NCBI RefSeq assembly: GCF_902713615.1
Contig: NC_052167.1
Span: 16,217,983-16,281,982, forward strand
Direction of reading: 5' to 3'
From: Scyliorhinus canicula
Lineage: Eukaryota
Length of the DNA stretch: 64,000 bases
The position numbers were made by a program, and so were the translations under genes. Numbering within the stretch: the stretch's first letter is position 1; each line of letters opens with the position of its first letter. This document shows positions 11,612 through 23,140 of this stretch, piece after piece. The notes under the pieces are model-generated. The model worked only from the letters and a program-made list of their open reading frames with translations. It ran no database searches and was not told the DNA's origin.

Positions 11612-12332
11612 TGTTAGGATATCGGGCGAAAATCCAAACAATTTTTCAATTTGTAAAACTGCGAGGAAAGGATATTTCACCCCAAGAGTGATGACTCTGA
11701 CCAATAGGTATTGAAACAAACTTTAATTTAAACACAGAATTAACCGCATTAACATCAAAAAAATAGATTTACAATGATCAGTTAAGCAGTTCATAAATAA
11801 AAGGAAAAAAAATCTTTAACCTGCTATCTGCACCTCCAACTAATTCCAATTAAGCAACCCAGTACAGTTCAAATGCCACTTATGAATAAAGTGAACAAAA
11901 CTGGTTCCTTGTTTATCTGTGCAGATCTTTAAGGAGAGAGACCCTTTACAGGAACAATGTGAAAATCCTTCTGCCTTGTCAAACTCTTCTGCTCAACCTA
12001 ACAACATTTGGCAAAAATGTAAACTACAGACAGGCCTGGCTCCTCCCATTAATTACACCATCTGTATCCCACAAAGATGTTCCATCACCTGCTTCCTAGG
12101 ATTAAATCTAATCCCTCATAAATGATCTACTCGCCAGGGAATCTCCAGCAATCAAAATACCATCCCATTAGCCATCTCTCTGTAAACAAGTAAATGGTTG
12201 AAATCAACAGATACACCAACTTTTACGACTCCTTAATTACAGATTTAGTAGACACTCTGCCTGTAGGTATTTTAAAACATTATTGACTCAAATATAAAAT
12301 AGAATCTGTAGCACTTTATTACATTTATCACA
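11612..12332. mobile_element. Possible solo LTR
   Basis: TGTT...CACA termini and LTR-like size; no matching TSD seen. Confidence 0.35.
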
Positions 12333-13111
12333 ATAGGAAAGAACTAACCGCACTAAGAAAATCCCAATGGGGTATGAACCTAGCACAGCACTCCATTAGT
12401 ACAAGGTGCTGGACAATATGGTCTCTGCAGGACATTTGTTTGAATGTGTGGGCCCTTTTCTTTATTTTGTACATGGCTGTCAAGCACAGTAACTCATGTG
12501 CAGCCAGAGCAACAACTTTCCGACTGCTGGGTGCATATTAACGGTAATGTTTTCGGGCCGAGCCTGGAATTCTGTGATTACAATATAGAGCATTTAAAAC
12601 TTGTCCACATCCCTGTTTTCCCAGCATACTTATTGGAATTGTTTAATCGATTTATGCTTTTAATCTGTAGCATGTGTGAGCACTGTCTATGCACACAAGG
12701 GTAAACTTTGTGATACCCTGGCTGCAGGTGGAGTCTTGGAGTTCATCAACTGAATAAGGGATAATTGCAGGCCTTAAAATACTGCTACCCATGTTGTCAC
12801 TGGTTATTGATCAGCTGCACAACAGTCATCTCCCCTCGAGCTCAGCTTCTCTTCCCCAACTAGCTGAACAACTAGCCTTTGATTGACACCTTCCTCTGAC
12901 ATCAGAGGCTTCACAAGGAGATGTAGGTTGTCTCCGCGTCTCTTTGCTAATCCACAATGTGCCAATGGACCCCACCACATGACTGTGCCAAAAAGGTCAA
13001 CGTTTATATTTTATAAACTATGGCATACATTTGCTGATTGGGTGTTTCCATATAATAAAGAGATTTACCAACAGCAGACCATCGAAATACGAGTGTGAAA
13101 ACATGCCTTAC

Positions 13112-13329
13112 CATCTGGAGCACTCAGTGTTTGATGAATCTGTTCAGCAGCAGAGTAGAAATATACACTCAGGTCAAATTCTGGGGAATCGTCAGCCGCT
13201 ATGCCGTAGTAATGTATTTTCTTGCCGTAGAAGATTTGATCTCCCACACTACCCCATTTGGAATGTGCAGCATTTAACACATGAGTGATCCCCATCTTCT
13301 TTAATTATTTTTTGTCATGGGCTATCACC
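13112..13329 (-). pseudogene. DUSP paralog exon 2 (218 nt, premature TAA)
   Basis: Acceptor ttctcgttgtag|G, donor GAT G|gtaagg; VIAHDKK*LKKMGITHVLNAAHSKWGS...GIAADDSPEFDLSVYF. Confidence 0.9.
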
Positions 13330-13519
13330 CTACAACGAGAACAGAATGATCATGTCAGACAACACTGTGATGTTGTGCAATTTACTGTAAGATCAGGAAA
13401 GCCTGTGGCACTGTCTCTGGTGTGCACTGGGCAGCTCAGTCAGCGGTACTGCCGGAGGGTTCAGTATACGGCCCCTTGCTTTCTGTGGGAGAGATATATC
13501 AATGTCGGATTGGAGTGGG

Positions 13520-14700
13520 TATGGTGAGAGGTTTTCAGACTCTGCAAAATGATGATTAGAAAGAGGAAAGCTGTAGGCTGCAGGAAGATATCAATGGACT
13601 AGTCAGCTGGGTGGAACAGTGGCAAATGGAGCTTAACCTGGAGAGCTGTGAGATGATTAATTTTGGGAAATCTAGCCAGGAGAAGGAGTACACAACGAAT
13701 AACAGTATACCAAGAAAAGTAGAAGAAAATAAATACCTTGGGCTGCATGTCCACATATTCCTGAAGGTGGCAGGGCAGTGTGGTCAAGGAGGAACATAGG
13801 ACACTAGTCCATTATTAACCGAGGTATTGAGATAAGAGCAGGGATGGTGGTGGGTTATGCTGGAACTGTATCACTAATAAGGTCACAGCTGGGGTCCAGT
13901 GTGCAGTCCTGGTCAGTGCACTATAGAGTTCATAGAATTTACAGTGCAGAAGGAGGCCATTCGGCCCATCGAGTCTGCACCGGCTCTTGGAAAGAGCACC
14001 CTACCCAAGGTCAACATACCCACCCTATCCCCATAACCCAGTAACCCCACCCAACACAAAGGGCAATTTTGGACACTAAGGTCAATTTATCATGGCCAAT
14101 CCACCTAACCTGCACATCTTTGGACTGTGGGAGGAAACCGGAGCACCCGGAGGAAACCCACGCACACACGGGGAGGATGTGCAGACTCCGCACAGACAGT
14201 GACCCAAGCTGGAATCGAACCTGGGACCCTGGAGCTGTGAAGCCATTGTGCTATCCACAATGCTACCGTGCTGCCCTATAGGTGTGATGGCACTTGAGAG
14301 AGTACAGAGGAGATCTTCAAAGATGTTGCCTGGACTGGAGAATTTTAGTTTAGATGAAAGATTGGATAGGCTGGGGTTATTTTGTTTAGAACAGAGGAGA
14401 CTTAATTGAAATTAAGACTTAATAAAATGATGTAGGGCTTTGAGAGAGACAGTGAATAGAAAGGCCCAGATTCCCTTAGTAGAAGGGTCTGTAATGGGAC
14501 ATACACTTAGGGTAAGTTGTAGGAGACTTTAAAGGGCTTTCAAAGGGAAGTCTTTCCAGCCAGAGGTATGTGGGGCTCGACAATTCACTGCCTGAAATGG
14601 TGGTGGAGACAGAAACCCTTAACATTTAAAAAGTACTTGGATATGCACTTGAAGGACTGTGACCTTTGAACAAATGGACCAAGAGGTGGAAAGTGGGATT
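13520..14700 (+). mobile_element. Decayed CR1 interrupted by a minus-strand V-SINE (13929-14276)
   Basis: LQEDINGLVSW..QWQMELN motif; SINE flanked by ctatag at 13921-13926 and 14276-14281. Confidence 0.8.
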
Positions 14701-15059
14701 TTGTCAGCTGGCATGAATTGCTTCTGGTTCTGTACATTTCTACAATTGAGAGGAATTGGGCTCAGTTCTTGTTTCCTATTTTATCACCAGTGGAAAATAT
14801 TCGATGAGATCAGGGTTGGCAGTGATGCCTCACTCAATCAAACAGTTGACAAACATTCACTGTCCGACCTCATATACAAGATATTGGTGAGTCACTGCCT
14901 GTCGAACCTCCAGATAAGATGGTGACAAACGGAGCAAAAATTTTATTGTCAGCAACAAATGTGCAGGTTTACATTTCAAGTTTCTTGTTGATACAGAAAA
15001 TAGAAGCCTCCATTTGAATCTTAACTGAATAACTACAAGATATTGTGTATACGGGAGTG

Positions 15060-15240
15060 GATTGAAACGAAAATCGCTTATTGTCAAAAGTTGGCTTCAA
15101 ATGGAGTTACTGTGAAAAGCCCCTAGTCGCCACATTCCGGCGCCTGTTCGGGGAGGCTGGTACGGGAATTGAACCCGCGCTGCTGGCCTGCCTTGGTCTG
15201 CTTTAAAAGCCGGCGATCTAGCCCTGTGCTGAACCAGCCC
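15060..15240 (-). mobile_element. Short tRNA-derived SINE of a second head type
   Basis: Head gggctggttcagcacagggct..., tail ggcgactaggggcttttcacagtaact...gacaataagcgatttt; homologous to 35242-35425 and 53220-53400. Confidence 0.8.
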
Positions 15241-15444
15241 CGTTGACACTGGGGCTGGCGTAGTTATGAGAATTGAGCTGTGGATGATTGAGGGTGATTC
15301 ACTGATCGAGCAATTTTGAGTGTTCTGGCACCTTGAGCTTGGTCAGCTATCATTGAATTGAATGGTGGAACACGCTCAAGGTGTTGATGGGCCACCTCCA
15401 GCCACTACCTTTCTGATCCAGGAGTTACGGGCTCGGGGGGCGGC

Positions 15445-15480
<36 letters not shown>

Positions 15481-15569
15481 GGTAGGAGAGGGCTGCAGTA
15501 TGAGTACAATGCCTGCTTTGATAGATTTAGTGACCGTCATTGGGACAGCAGTGATGATTCTCATCTAAG

Positions 15570-15715
15570 TAAGAAGTCTTACAACACCAGGTTAAAGTCC
15601 AACAGCTTTGTTTCAAACACTAGCTTTCGGAGCACAGCTCCTTCCTCGGGTGAATGTAAGGCTTCTCACTGTGCTCACCCCCAGTCCAACGCCGGCATCG
15701 CCACACCATGGTTTT
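15570..15715 (-). mobile_element. Penelope-like pLTR fragment containing a hammerhead-like motif
   Basis: Homologous to 60115-60205 in the opposite orientation; motif at 15618-15652. Confidence 0.65.
15618..15652 (-). ncRNA. Minimal type I hammerhead ribozyme-like motif (core variant)
   Basis: CAC CCGAGGA A GGAGC UGU GCUCC GAA AGCU A GUG; perfect 5-bp stem II but CCGA instead of CUGA. Confidence 0.5.
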
Positions 15716-16140
15716 CATCTAGGCCACGAGAGTGATTCTTACCAATAAAACATTCATCAGAAACCTCACTCTCCTCACAAGGAAAAGGTCGTCATGCTCG
15801 CACCCTCCCCCCACCAATTCCGATAAATTACGAGACCAAATAATCACATATTTCACCCCCTGCCACCACCGCTGATCGACAAGCTACCAGTCATCATTTG
15901 TGTGAACTGTGGGACATTTAGAACTCCTTGATTTGTTCTTCAAATTATCCATTGTTTAATCTACATGGAACTACCACCGAGTATTTCCTTCTATAGTAAA
16001 CAGTTTTCAATAATACAGTAACGCTGATTCAATTTGTACTGATTTTTAGTGCCAATGTATTTGCTGAAATAAATCTGTACTGGGTGACTTTCTCCGCGTG
16101 TTGTTTGTACTATTTCTGCAGCTTCTGTAAGCATACTTAC

Positions 16141-16291
16141 AAATCTCCAATGTATAGGTTGGGCCACACTGGGTTCTGCTACTTTCCAAGATTCTCTCCA
16201 GCTCTATAACAGAAGGTGTTGTTGAATCACAGATTGTGTTACCAATGGAGGGATTAAGACTGTCTCCGGATAGAGATTCTGCTGCTGACAT
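16141..16291 (-). pseudogene. DUSP paralog exon 1 (151 nt, frameshifted)
   Basis: ATG frame gives ...TPSVIELERILESSRT; conserved VWPNLYIGD lies in another frame; donor GAT TT|gtaagt. Confidence 0.88.
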
Positions 16292-16548
16292 GGCCCTCTG
16301 TTTTTCCGGGAATATTGCTTTTCAAGGCTCGTCGGTGATACTTCCCCAACATTCGCTGTTTAAATGTTTATTACCGTGAGTGTGACGATGCCGATCTCCC
16401 TTTGACATTTGCAAACAGCTGTCATTCTCTGCTCCATATTATGCTGCCACTTGCCAATTTAGCACAGACTCCATTTTCTGCAGCACATCATTTACAGTTC
16501 CTCTTTTAACACAAAGCATACCACAGGAGACTTCAGTAAATTCAGAAT

Positions 16549-16916
16549 TGCGGAATGAAAGAGTGCCACAGTTGTCGGTTGCAAAAGAGAAGTTGCAAGG
16601 GCAGTTTGACCAGTTGACAATGGGAAGGGCGGTGGGTCAGCTACGGCGGGCATGGGGGGGGGGGGGCTGTATGGGAGGGGGGGGGGGAGGGGGGGGGGGG
16701 CGGGGGGGGGGGGCAGGGTGGATATGGGTCAGTTTTTAGATGGGTTGGACTTCCTGGATCTCACTGCTGTGAAAGTCTTGGCAAAAGGTATTGGCGAGAA
16801 GGTTTTAGGGGTCTGTACCAGAGGTGGTCTCGGAGGATCGAACGGGGTTTGTGAAGGGGAGGCGCCTAGTAACATTAGGAGGTTGTTAAATGTAATTATG
16901 ACCCCATCGGGTGGGT

Positions 16917-16955
<39 letters not shown>

Positions 16956-17885
16956 GTGTGCCGGAGGTGATTGTGTCAATGGACACAGAGAAGGCCTTTG
17001 ACTGGATAGAAGATGAACACACTGCCAAGATCTATGTTCCCTTTGTGTTTCAGTCCCTCCCAATTTCCTCCCCAAGGCCTTTTTCCGGATGGTATATGCG
17101 TTAATCTCGGAATTTGTGTGGTTGGGGAAGGTGCCGAGGGGGGAAGAGGGCTCAGTTGCGGAGGCAGAGGCGGGACGGAGAGCTGGTGCGCCCGAATTTG
17201 TTGCATTACTATTGGGCAGCGAATGTGGAGAAGGTGAGATGATGGTGGGGGGAGGGTGAGGGAGGGGGCGGGAGCAGATTGGGTCAGGTTAGAGGAGGGG
17301 TCTTGCAAGGGGACGAGCCTGAGGGCTCGAGTGACGGCCCTGCTGCCGTCGCCACGAGGAGTCCGGTGGTGGAGTCATCTATAAAAATTGTAACCAGCTG
17401 AGGAGACACTTTAAACTGGGCCACGTGACTCCACTGCGTGGGAATCATAAGTTTTATAATAATAATCTTTATTGGTGTCACAAGTAACCTTACATTAACA
17501 CTGCAATGATGTTACTGTGAAAAGCCCCTAGTCGCCACACTCCGGCGCCTGTTCAGGTACACAGAGGGAGAATTCAGAATGCCCAATTCACCTAATAGCT
17601 CGTCTTTCGGGACTTGTGGGAGGAAACCGGAGCGCCCGGAGGAAACCCACGCAGACACGGGGAGAATGTGCAGACTCCACACAGACAGTGACCCAGCGGG
17701 GAATCGAACCTGGGACCCTGGTGCTGTGAAACAACAGTGCTAACCATTATGCTACCGTGCCGTTTCTGCCAGGGGGTTGGATGGGATGTATAGGAGATGG
17801 AGGGAGGAGGGGTTAGTGCGTGTCAGGGACATGTTTGCAGAGGGGAGGTTTTCTGGGCCAGAGGAACTGTGGGAGAGGTTTGAGC
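16549..17885 (+). mobile_element. Decayed L1/Tx1-like ORF2 fragments with an inserted SINE (17456-17762, -)
   Basis: NIRRLLNVIM and VSMDTEKAFDWIE match the RT of the LINE at 44878-50843. Confidence 0.75.
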
Positions 17886-18425
17886 TTTTTTAAAATTAAT
17901 TTACGGGACGTGGGCATCGCTGGTTAGGCCAGCATTTATTACCCATCCCTAGTTACCCCTCAGGAGGTGCTGGTGAGCTGCCTTCTTGAACCGCTGTAAT
18001 CCTTGAGGTGTAAGTACACCCACTGTGCTGTTAGGGAGGGAGTTCCAGGATTTTGTCTCAGCAACAGTGAAGGAACGGCAATAAAGTTCCAAGTCAGGAT
18101 GGTGAGTGACTTGGAGGGGAACCTCCAGGTGGTGGGGTTCCCAGGTATCTGCTGCTCTTGTCCTTCTGGATGGTAGTGGTCGTGGGTTTGGAAGGTGTTT
18201 AATTTATTGAACATCTTGAATTCAGACTCAGTGACACTATCAAAGTCATAAACTGCATTTAAGTCTGGTTCCTGACAAGTAACTGGCTTCCTATCCCCAA
18301 TTACCTTGATTGTTAATTGTCTAACAGAAATTCAAACTGAACTTTTTTTTTAAATGACTAGCTCGAAGCGTCACGGCCATTAGCCCGCTATACAAAATCC
18401 TGAAAAATATAATACTACTATCAAA

Positions 18426-19383
18426 GGGCGAAATTCTCCGACCCCCAGCAGGGTCGGAGAATCGCCTGGGGCCGCCGAAAATCCCGCCCCCGCCGTGGCA
18501 GAGATTCTCCGCCACCCGGGAAGTGGCGGGTGGCGGGAATCTCGCCACTCCGATCGGAGAGGCCCCTGCGGAGATTCCCCGGCCCGGATGGGCCGAAGTC
18601 CCGCCGCTGGGAGGCCTCTCCCGCCGCCGAGGTTTAAACCTCCTCTGGAGCGGCGGGATCAGCGGCGCGAGCGGGCCCCCGGGGTCCTGGGGGGGCGGGG
18701 GGCAATCGAACCCCGGGGGGTGCCCCCACGGTGGCCTGGCCCGCGATCGGGGCCCCCCCGCTCAGACTCCGGGCCAGTGCCCTGGGTGCACTATTTCTCC
18801 TCCGCGGCCGCCACGGTCTTCGCAATGGCGGAAGCGGAAGAGAACCCCACATCGCGCATGCGCCGGTGGTGACGTCAGCGGCCAGCTCCAACCCGCGCAT
18901 GCGCGGCTGACGTCACGACGCTGACAGCTCCAACCCGCGCATGCGCGATGGCCGTCTTTCCCCTCAGCCGCCCCGCAAGACGTGGCGGCTTGATCTTGCG
19001 GGGAGGTGGAGGGGAAATAGTGCGTCCGATTGAGACTCCGGCCCGACGATCGGTGGGCACCGTTCGCAGGCCTGTCCCCTCCCGAGCACAGTCGTGGTTC
19101 TCATTCCCCACCAGGCCCCCTGCAAGCCCCAAACGGACATCTCATGGAGTTTTCACGACGGCAGCGACCAGGTGTGGTTGCCGCCATCGTGAACCGGTCG
19201 CAAACGGCAGGCCGCTCGGCCCATCCGGGTCGGAGAATCGCCGGTCGCCGTGAAAAACGTCGAGCAGCGATTCTTCCGAGCGGGGGGTGGGAGAATCGCG
19301 GGGGGCGCGAGGGGGGCGTGAAATTAGTCGGGGGGCCCTCCCGCGATTCTCCCACACAGCGTGGGGAGCGGAGAATCGTGCCC
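18426..19383. mobile_element. GC/CpG-rich MITE (PIF/Harbinger-type, 958 bp)
   Basis: Imperfect TIRs GGGCGAAATTCTCCG / CGGAGAATCGTGCCC; several subterminal GGAGAATC/GATTCTCC repeats at both ends; no coding capacity; TSD not perfect. Confidence 0.8.
18854..18946. promoter_or_regulatory. Cluster of three GCGCATGCGC (NRF1-type) and two TGACGTCA (CRE) palindromes inside the MITE
   Basis: GCGCATGCGC at 18854, 18895, 18937; TGACGTCA at 18870, 18908. Motif match only. Confidence 0.45.
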
Positions 19384-20257
19384 TTAGTGTCTGTCTGCTC
19401 AAGCTCCTGTGAAGCACCTTTCCAATGTTAAAAGTGATCTAGAAATACAAGTTGTAGCTGTTTTGAAATATTAATGAGCAGTTTTAAGAGTGAATTAGAC
19501 GGTGGACCGTTAGTTAGTTTTGGTCAAGGCTGTCAATTTCCGTATTAATTAATCTATGTGCGTGCATAGATATAAAACGTAACTGTTTTTGACACAGCTC
19601 TTTGGTCAGAGCATCAATAAAATAACTTGCTTATGTTTACGTTAGTTTGAAAGCATTTGAAAGACCCAGATCATTATCTTTCCTGAGCCTTGCATTCACC
19701 AAAGAAAACAAATTGGATTCAGAGAGTCTTCAATTCTAGAACTCTGTGCCCTGGATTCATCGCTTCCATTTTTCTAGGAATGATCTCTGAAATACCAATG
19801 ACCAATCGGGAGGTGCCTTTCCCAAATATCACTCAGTCCTGAAAGTGACGTCGCCATTAGGTTATCTGAGGTTATGATCACCTATTTCACTGATAAAGTC
19901 AATTTGTGTCCTTGGGGTGACATGGGAGAAGGGGGGTGGTGGTATTTATTGCCCATCACTGGTTGCCCTGAGAAACAGGTCCTGGGTCTGTTGTTTGAAG
20001 GACTCCTCTCCATTACGCTGATGGTGATAGGCATGGAATTCCAGGATCCGGAATCCAGGAGAAATGAAGGGACAGCAAGTTAGGTCCAAGTTAGAATCCG
20101 TGGCATTGTTACTTCCGTCCCTTCTGATGATAAGATTCCAGTGGGATGAGATCCTGTTGAAGTGTATGATTTAAGATTGCATGGTGCTGTGTAATACCTT
20201 ATTGCAACCTATTGCATTGCATCACATTGTGTTCATGGATACGGTATGGATATTGTA

Positions 20258-20559
20258 AGGGCAGCACGGTAGCACAGTGGGTAGCACTGTTGCTTCACAG
20301 CGCCAGGGTCCCAGCTTCAATTTCCGGCTTGGGCCACTGTCTGTGCAGAGTCTGCTCTTTCTCCCCATGTCTGTGTGGGTTTGCTCCGGGTGCTCCGGTT
20401 TCCTCCCACAAGTCCCGAAAGATGTGCTTTTAGGTGAATTGGACATTCTGAATTCTCCCTCTGTGTACCCGAACAGGCGCCGGAGTGTGGCGACTAGGGG
20501 CTTTTCACAGCAACTTCATTGCAGTAAACCTACTTGTGACAATAAAGATTATTATTATC
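20258..20559 (+). mobile_element. V-SINE with (TTA)n-ending tail type
   Basis: HE1-like head and core, then ccgaacaggcgccggagtgtggcgactaggggcttttcacag...aataaagattattatta. Confidence 0.85.
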
Positions 20560-20759
20560 ATGTGAACACCAGGTAATGTTTGATTGAAGATTTTTTTTAA
20601 TTGTCAGTGGACACTTAGAATATGTTCATGAATTACTTTTGCACAAAGCTTTCTAATGTAAAGTTTTCAGTTAAATGATTTGGTGTGATGACTGGACTTT
20701 AACAGGTTATTTAAAAGTTTAGAATGTGCTAAGTGGGTATGAATGGAGAAAGATTGCAG

Positions 20760-22020
20760 ACCTCTGGTGCAGAGGGATCTGGGTGTCGCAATACATGAAT
20801 CACAAAAAGTTGGCATGCAGGCACAGCAAGTGATTGGAAAGACAAATGGAATGTTGTTGTTTATTGCAGGGGGAATGAAATGTAAAAGTAGGGAGGTCTT
20901 ACTCCAATTATATGGACGTTGTTAAGACCACATCTGGAGTTCTGTTTGCAGTTTTGGTGTCCTTACTTAAGAAAGGAGAAAGTTACATTAGAAGCAGTTG
21001 ATTGAGTGCAGCACGGTGGCACAGTGGGTTGGCCCTGCAGCTTCACGGAGCCGAGTTCCCAGGTGCGATCCCAGCTCTGGGTCACTGTCCGTGTGGAGTT
21101 TGAACATTCTCCCCATGTTTGTGTGGGTTTCGCCCCCACAACCCAAAAATGTGCAGGCTAGGTGGATTGGCCATGCTAAATTGCCCCTTAATTGGAAAAT
21201 GAATTGGATACTCTAAATTTATAAAATAAATAAATAAATATATTTTTTTTAAAGCAGTTGATTGAAGGCTCACTTAACTGAACCCTGGGATGAAGGGGTT
21301 ATCTTATGAGGAAAGGTTAGGCAGGTTGTATCCTTACGCATTAGTGCTTAGAATCCCTATAGTACAGAAGGAGGCTATTCGGCCCATCAAGACTGCACCG
21401 ACCCTTCAAAAGACCACCCTACTGAGGCCCTATCCCCGTAACCCCACCTAAGGGCAATTCAGCCTGGCCAATCCATCTAACCTGCACATCTTTGGACTGT
21501 GGGAGGAAACCGGAGCACCCGGAGGAAACCCACGCAGACGCAGGGAGAAAGTGCAAACTCCACACAGACAGTCACCTGAGGTCGGAATCGAACCTGGGTC
21601 TCTGCTGCTGTGAGGCAGCAGTGCTAACCCACTGGAGAATGAGAAGTGATCTTTATGGAACACTGTAAGATCCTGAGAGGAATTGGCAGGGTGGATGATG
21701 AGAGGATTCCCCCCCCCCCCCCCCCACGAGCGAAACTAGAACTAGGGGACACCCCTTGAACATTAAGACTCTCCTATTTCAGAGGGAGATGGGGAGAATC
21801 TTTCGCTCTCAAGAGGGTCATTAGTCTGTGGGCTTCTCTTCTTCAGGGAGCAGTAGAGGCAGAGCCATTGAATACTTTCAAGACTGAGTTAGGTAGATTC
21901 TTGGTTGACAAGCAAGTGGAAAAAGTTCGGCAAGAAAGTGGGGTTGAGGCCATAATCACATCAAAGAGGATTAGGAGGCTGAATGGCCTACTCTTGCTCC
22001 TAATTGGTTTGTATGTATGA
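20760..22020 (+). mobile_element. Decayed CR1 3' region with two SINE insertions (21006-21251 +, 21349-21632 -)
   Basis: QRDLGV...KSREVLLQLY motif; first SINE has a 14-bp TSD AAGCAGTTGATTGA. Confidence 0.8.
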
Positions 22021-22619
22021 GCTATTTTAGAGAAAAAAGCTAGGTCTGATTAACCTAATTGAACGCTGTGTGTTAATTTAATATCATTCTGGGCTTTAAG
22101 GTATATATTGTTTAAAAACATATTTCCTGGTGACTTAAAGACTGGAAGTAAACATATCTTGAGACTGGGTTTGTCATCTGTCTCCCTCTACGTTCTTGTC
22201 ACCGATAAGACACAGAAAATGAAATGTAACTTCACTGGACAGAGATCATGTGATTAGAGACAGGGTTCACTGCAAGGCTGGATCACATGAGACTGAGTCA
22301 TGACGAGGGGTGGGGTGGGCTCACTCACCCGTCATTTTCTTGAATTGGGAAGTGCCAGATGCCCAAAGCAATGACAGCAATTAGATAATTTGGCGGTGTT
22401 CGGGAAATGTTTTCCTTCATTATTTATTTAATATACAATGTGCATTTTAATGAAACCTGATTGGAATGAGATATGGAGATTGCAGACTCCAGGCACAAGC
22501 TGCAGGTGTATGAATTAATGATCGCGTATCTGCACAAAATGAGTTAATGAATGCATCGTTGGGTTATGTTGAATGAACATTCAGTGTCTCGAAAGAGATG
22601 CTGGATGTATTGCACCTGG

Positions 22620-23140
22620 ATTTTGCTTTGGTCTTCACTGCAGAGGATACAAGTGACATCGCAGAAGTAGCTGTAAATCAGGAATTGGAAGGGAAGGAGG
22701 AACTCAGGAAAATTGCAATCACCAGGGAAGTGGTACTGAGTGAATTACTGGAGCTGTGAAACTGACAAATTCCTGGGTCCTGATGGACTTCATCCTGGGC
22801 CTTAAAGAAGTGGCTAGTGAGGTAGTTGACGCGTCGGTTTTAATTTTCATAGCTTTCCTGGATTAAGAGGTGCCTTCAGATTGGAAAATAGCAAATGAAA
22901 TGAAAAATGAAATGAAAATGAAACTCTATTATTCAAAAAGGAAGGGAGCCCGAAGGTGGGAAACTGCAGGCTTAACATCTGTCACAGGGAAAATGTTGGA
23001 AGGTGTTATTAAAGATGTTATAGCAGGGCACTTCGGAAAATTCAAGGTAATCAGGCAGAGTCAACATGGTTTTGAAATCAGGTTTGACCAATTTATCGGA
23101 GTTTTTTGAAGAATCGCATGTGCTGTGGGTAGAGGGGATC
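22620..23140 (+). mobile_element. Decayed CR1 RT fragment
   Basis: GPDGLHP, PSDWKIAN, LTSVTGKMLE and IRQSQHGF remnants. Confidence 0.75.

Larger units (their letters stand above)
9495..16291 (-). pseudogene. DUSP13A-type atypical dual-specificity phosphatase paralog, disabled (three exons)
   Basis: Same exon phases and same 218-nt exon 2 as the DUSP13A-like gene; 19-nt deletion in exon 1 and TAA at 13307-13305 in exon 2; HCILGMSRS intact in exon 3. Confidence 0.8.

Noticed and set aside
13305-13307. Stop read-through or selenocysteine rescue of the paralog
   Set aside because: The codon is TAA, not TGA, and the exon 1 frameshift would remain.
16165-16185. Micro-intron or alternative start that repairs the exon 1 frameshift
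   Set aside because: The VWPNLYIGD frame has TAG four codons upstream, no in-frame ATG, and no polypyrimidine tract before the nearby AGs.
18321-19431. Cluster of overlapping 75-133 aa ORFs
   Set aside because: Stop-poor GC-rich MITE sequence with no protein motifs.
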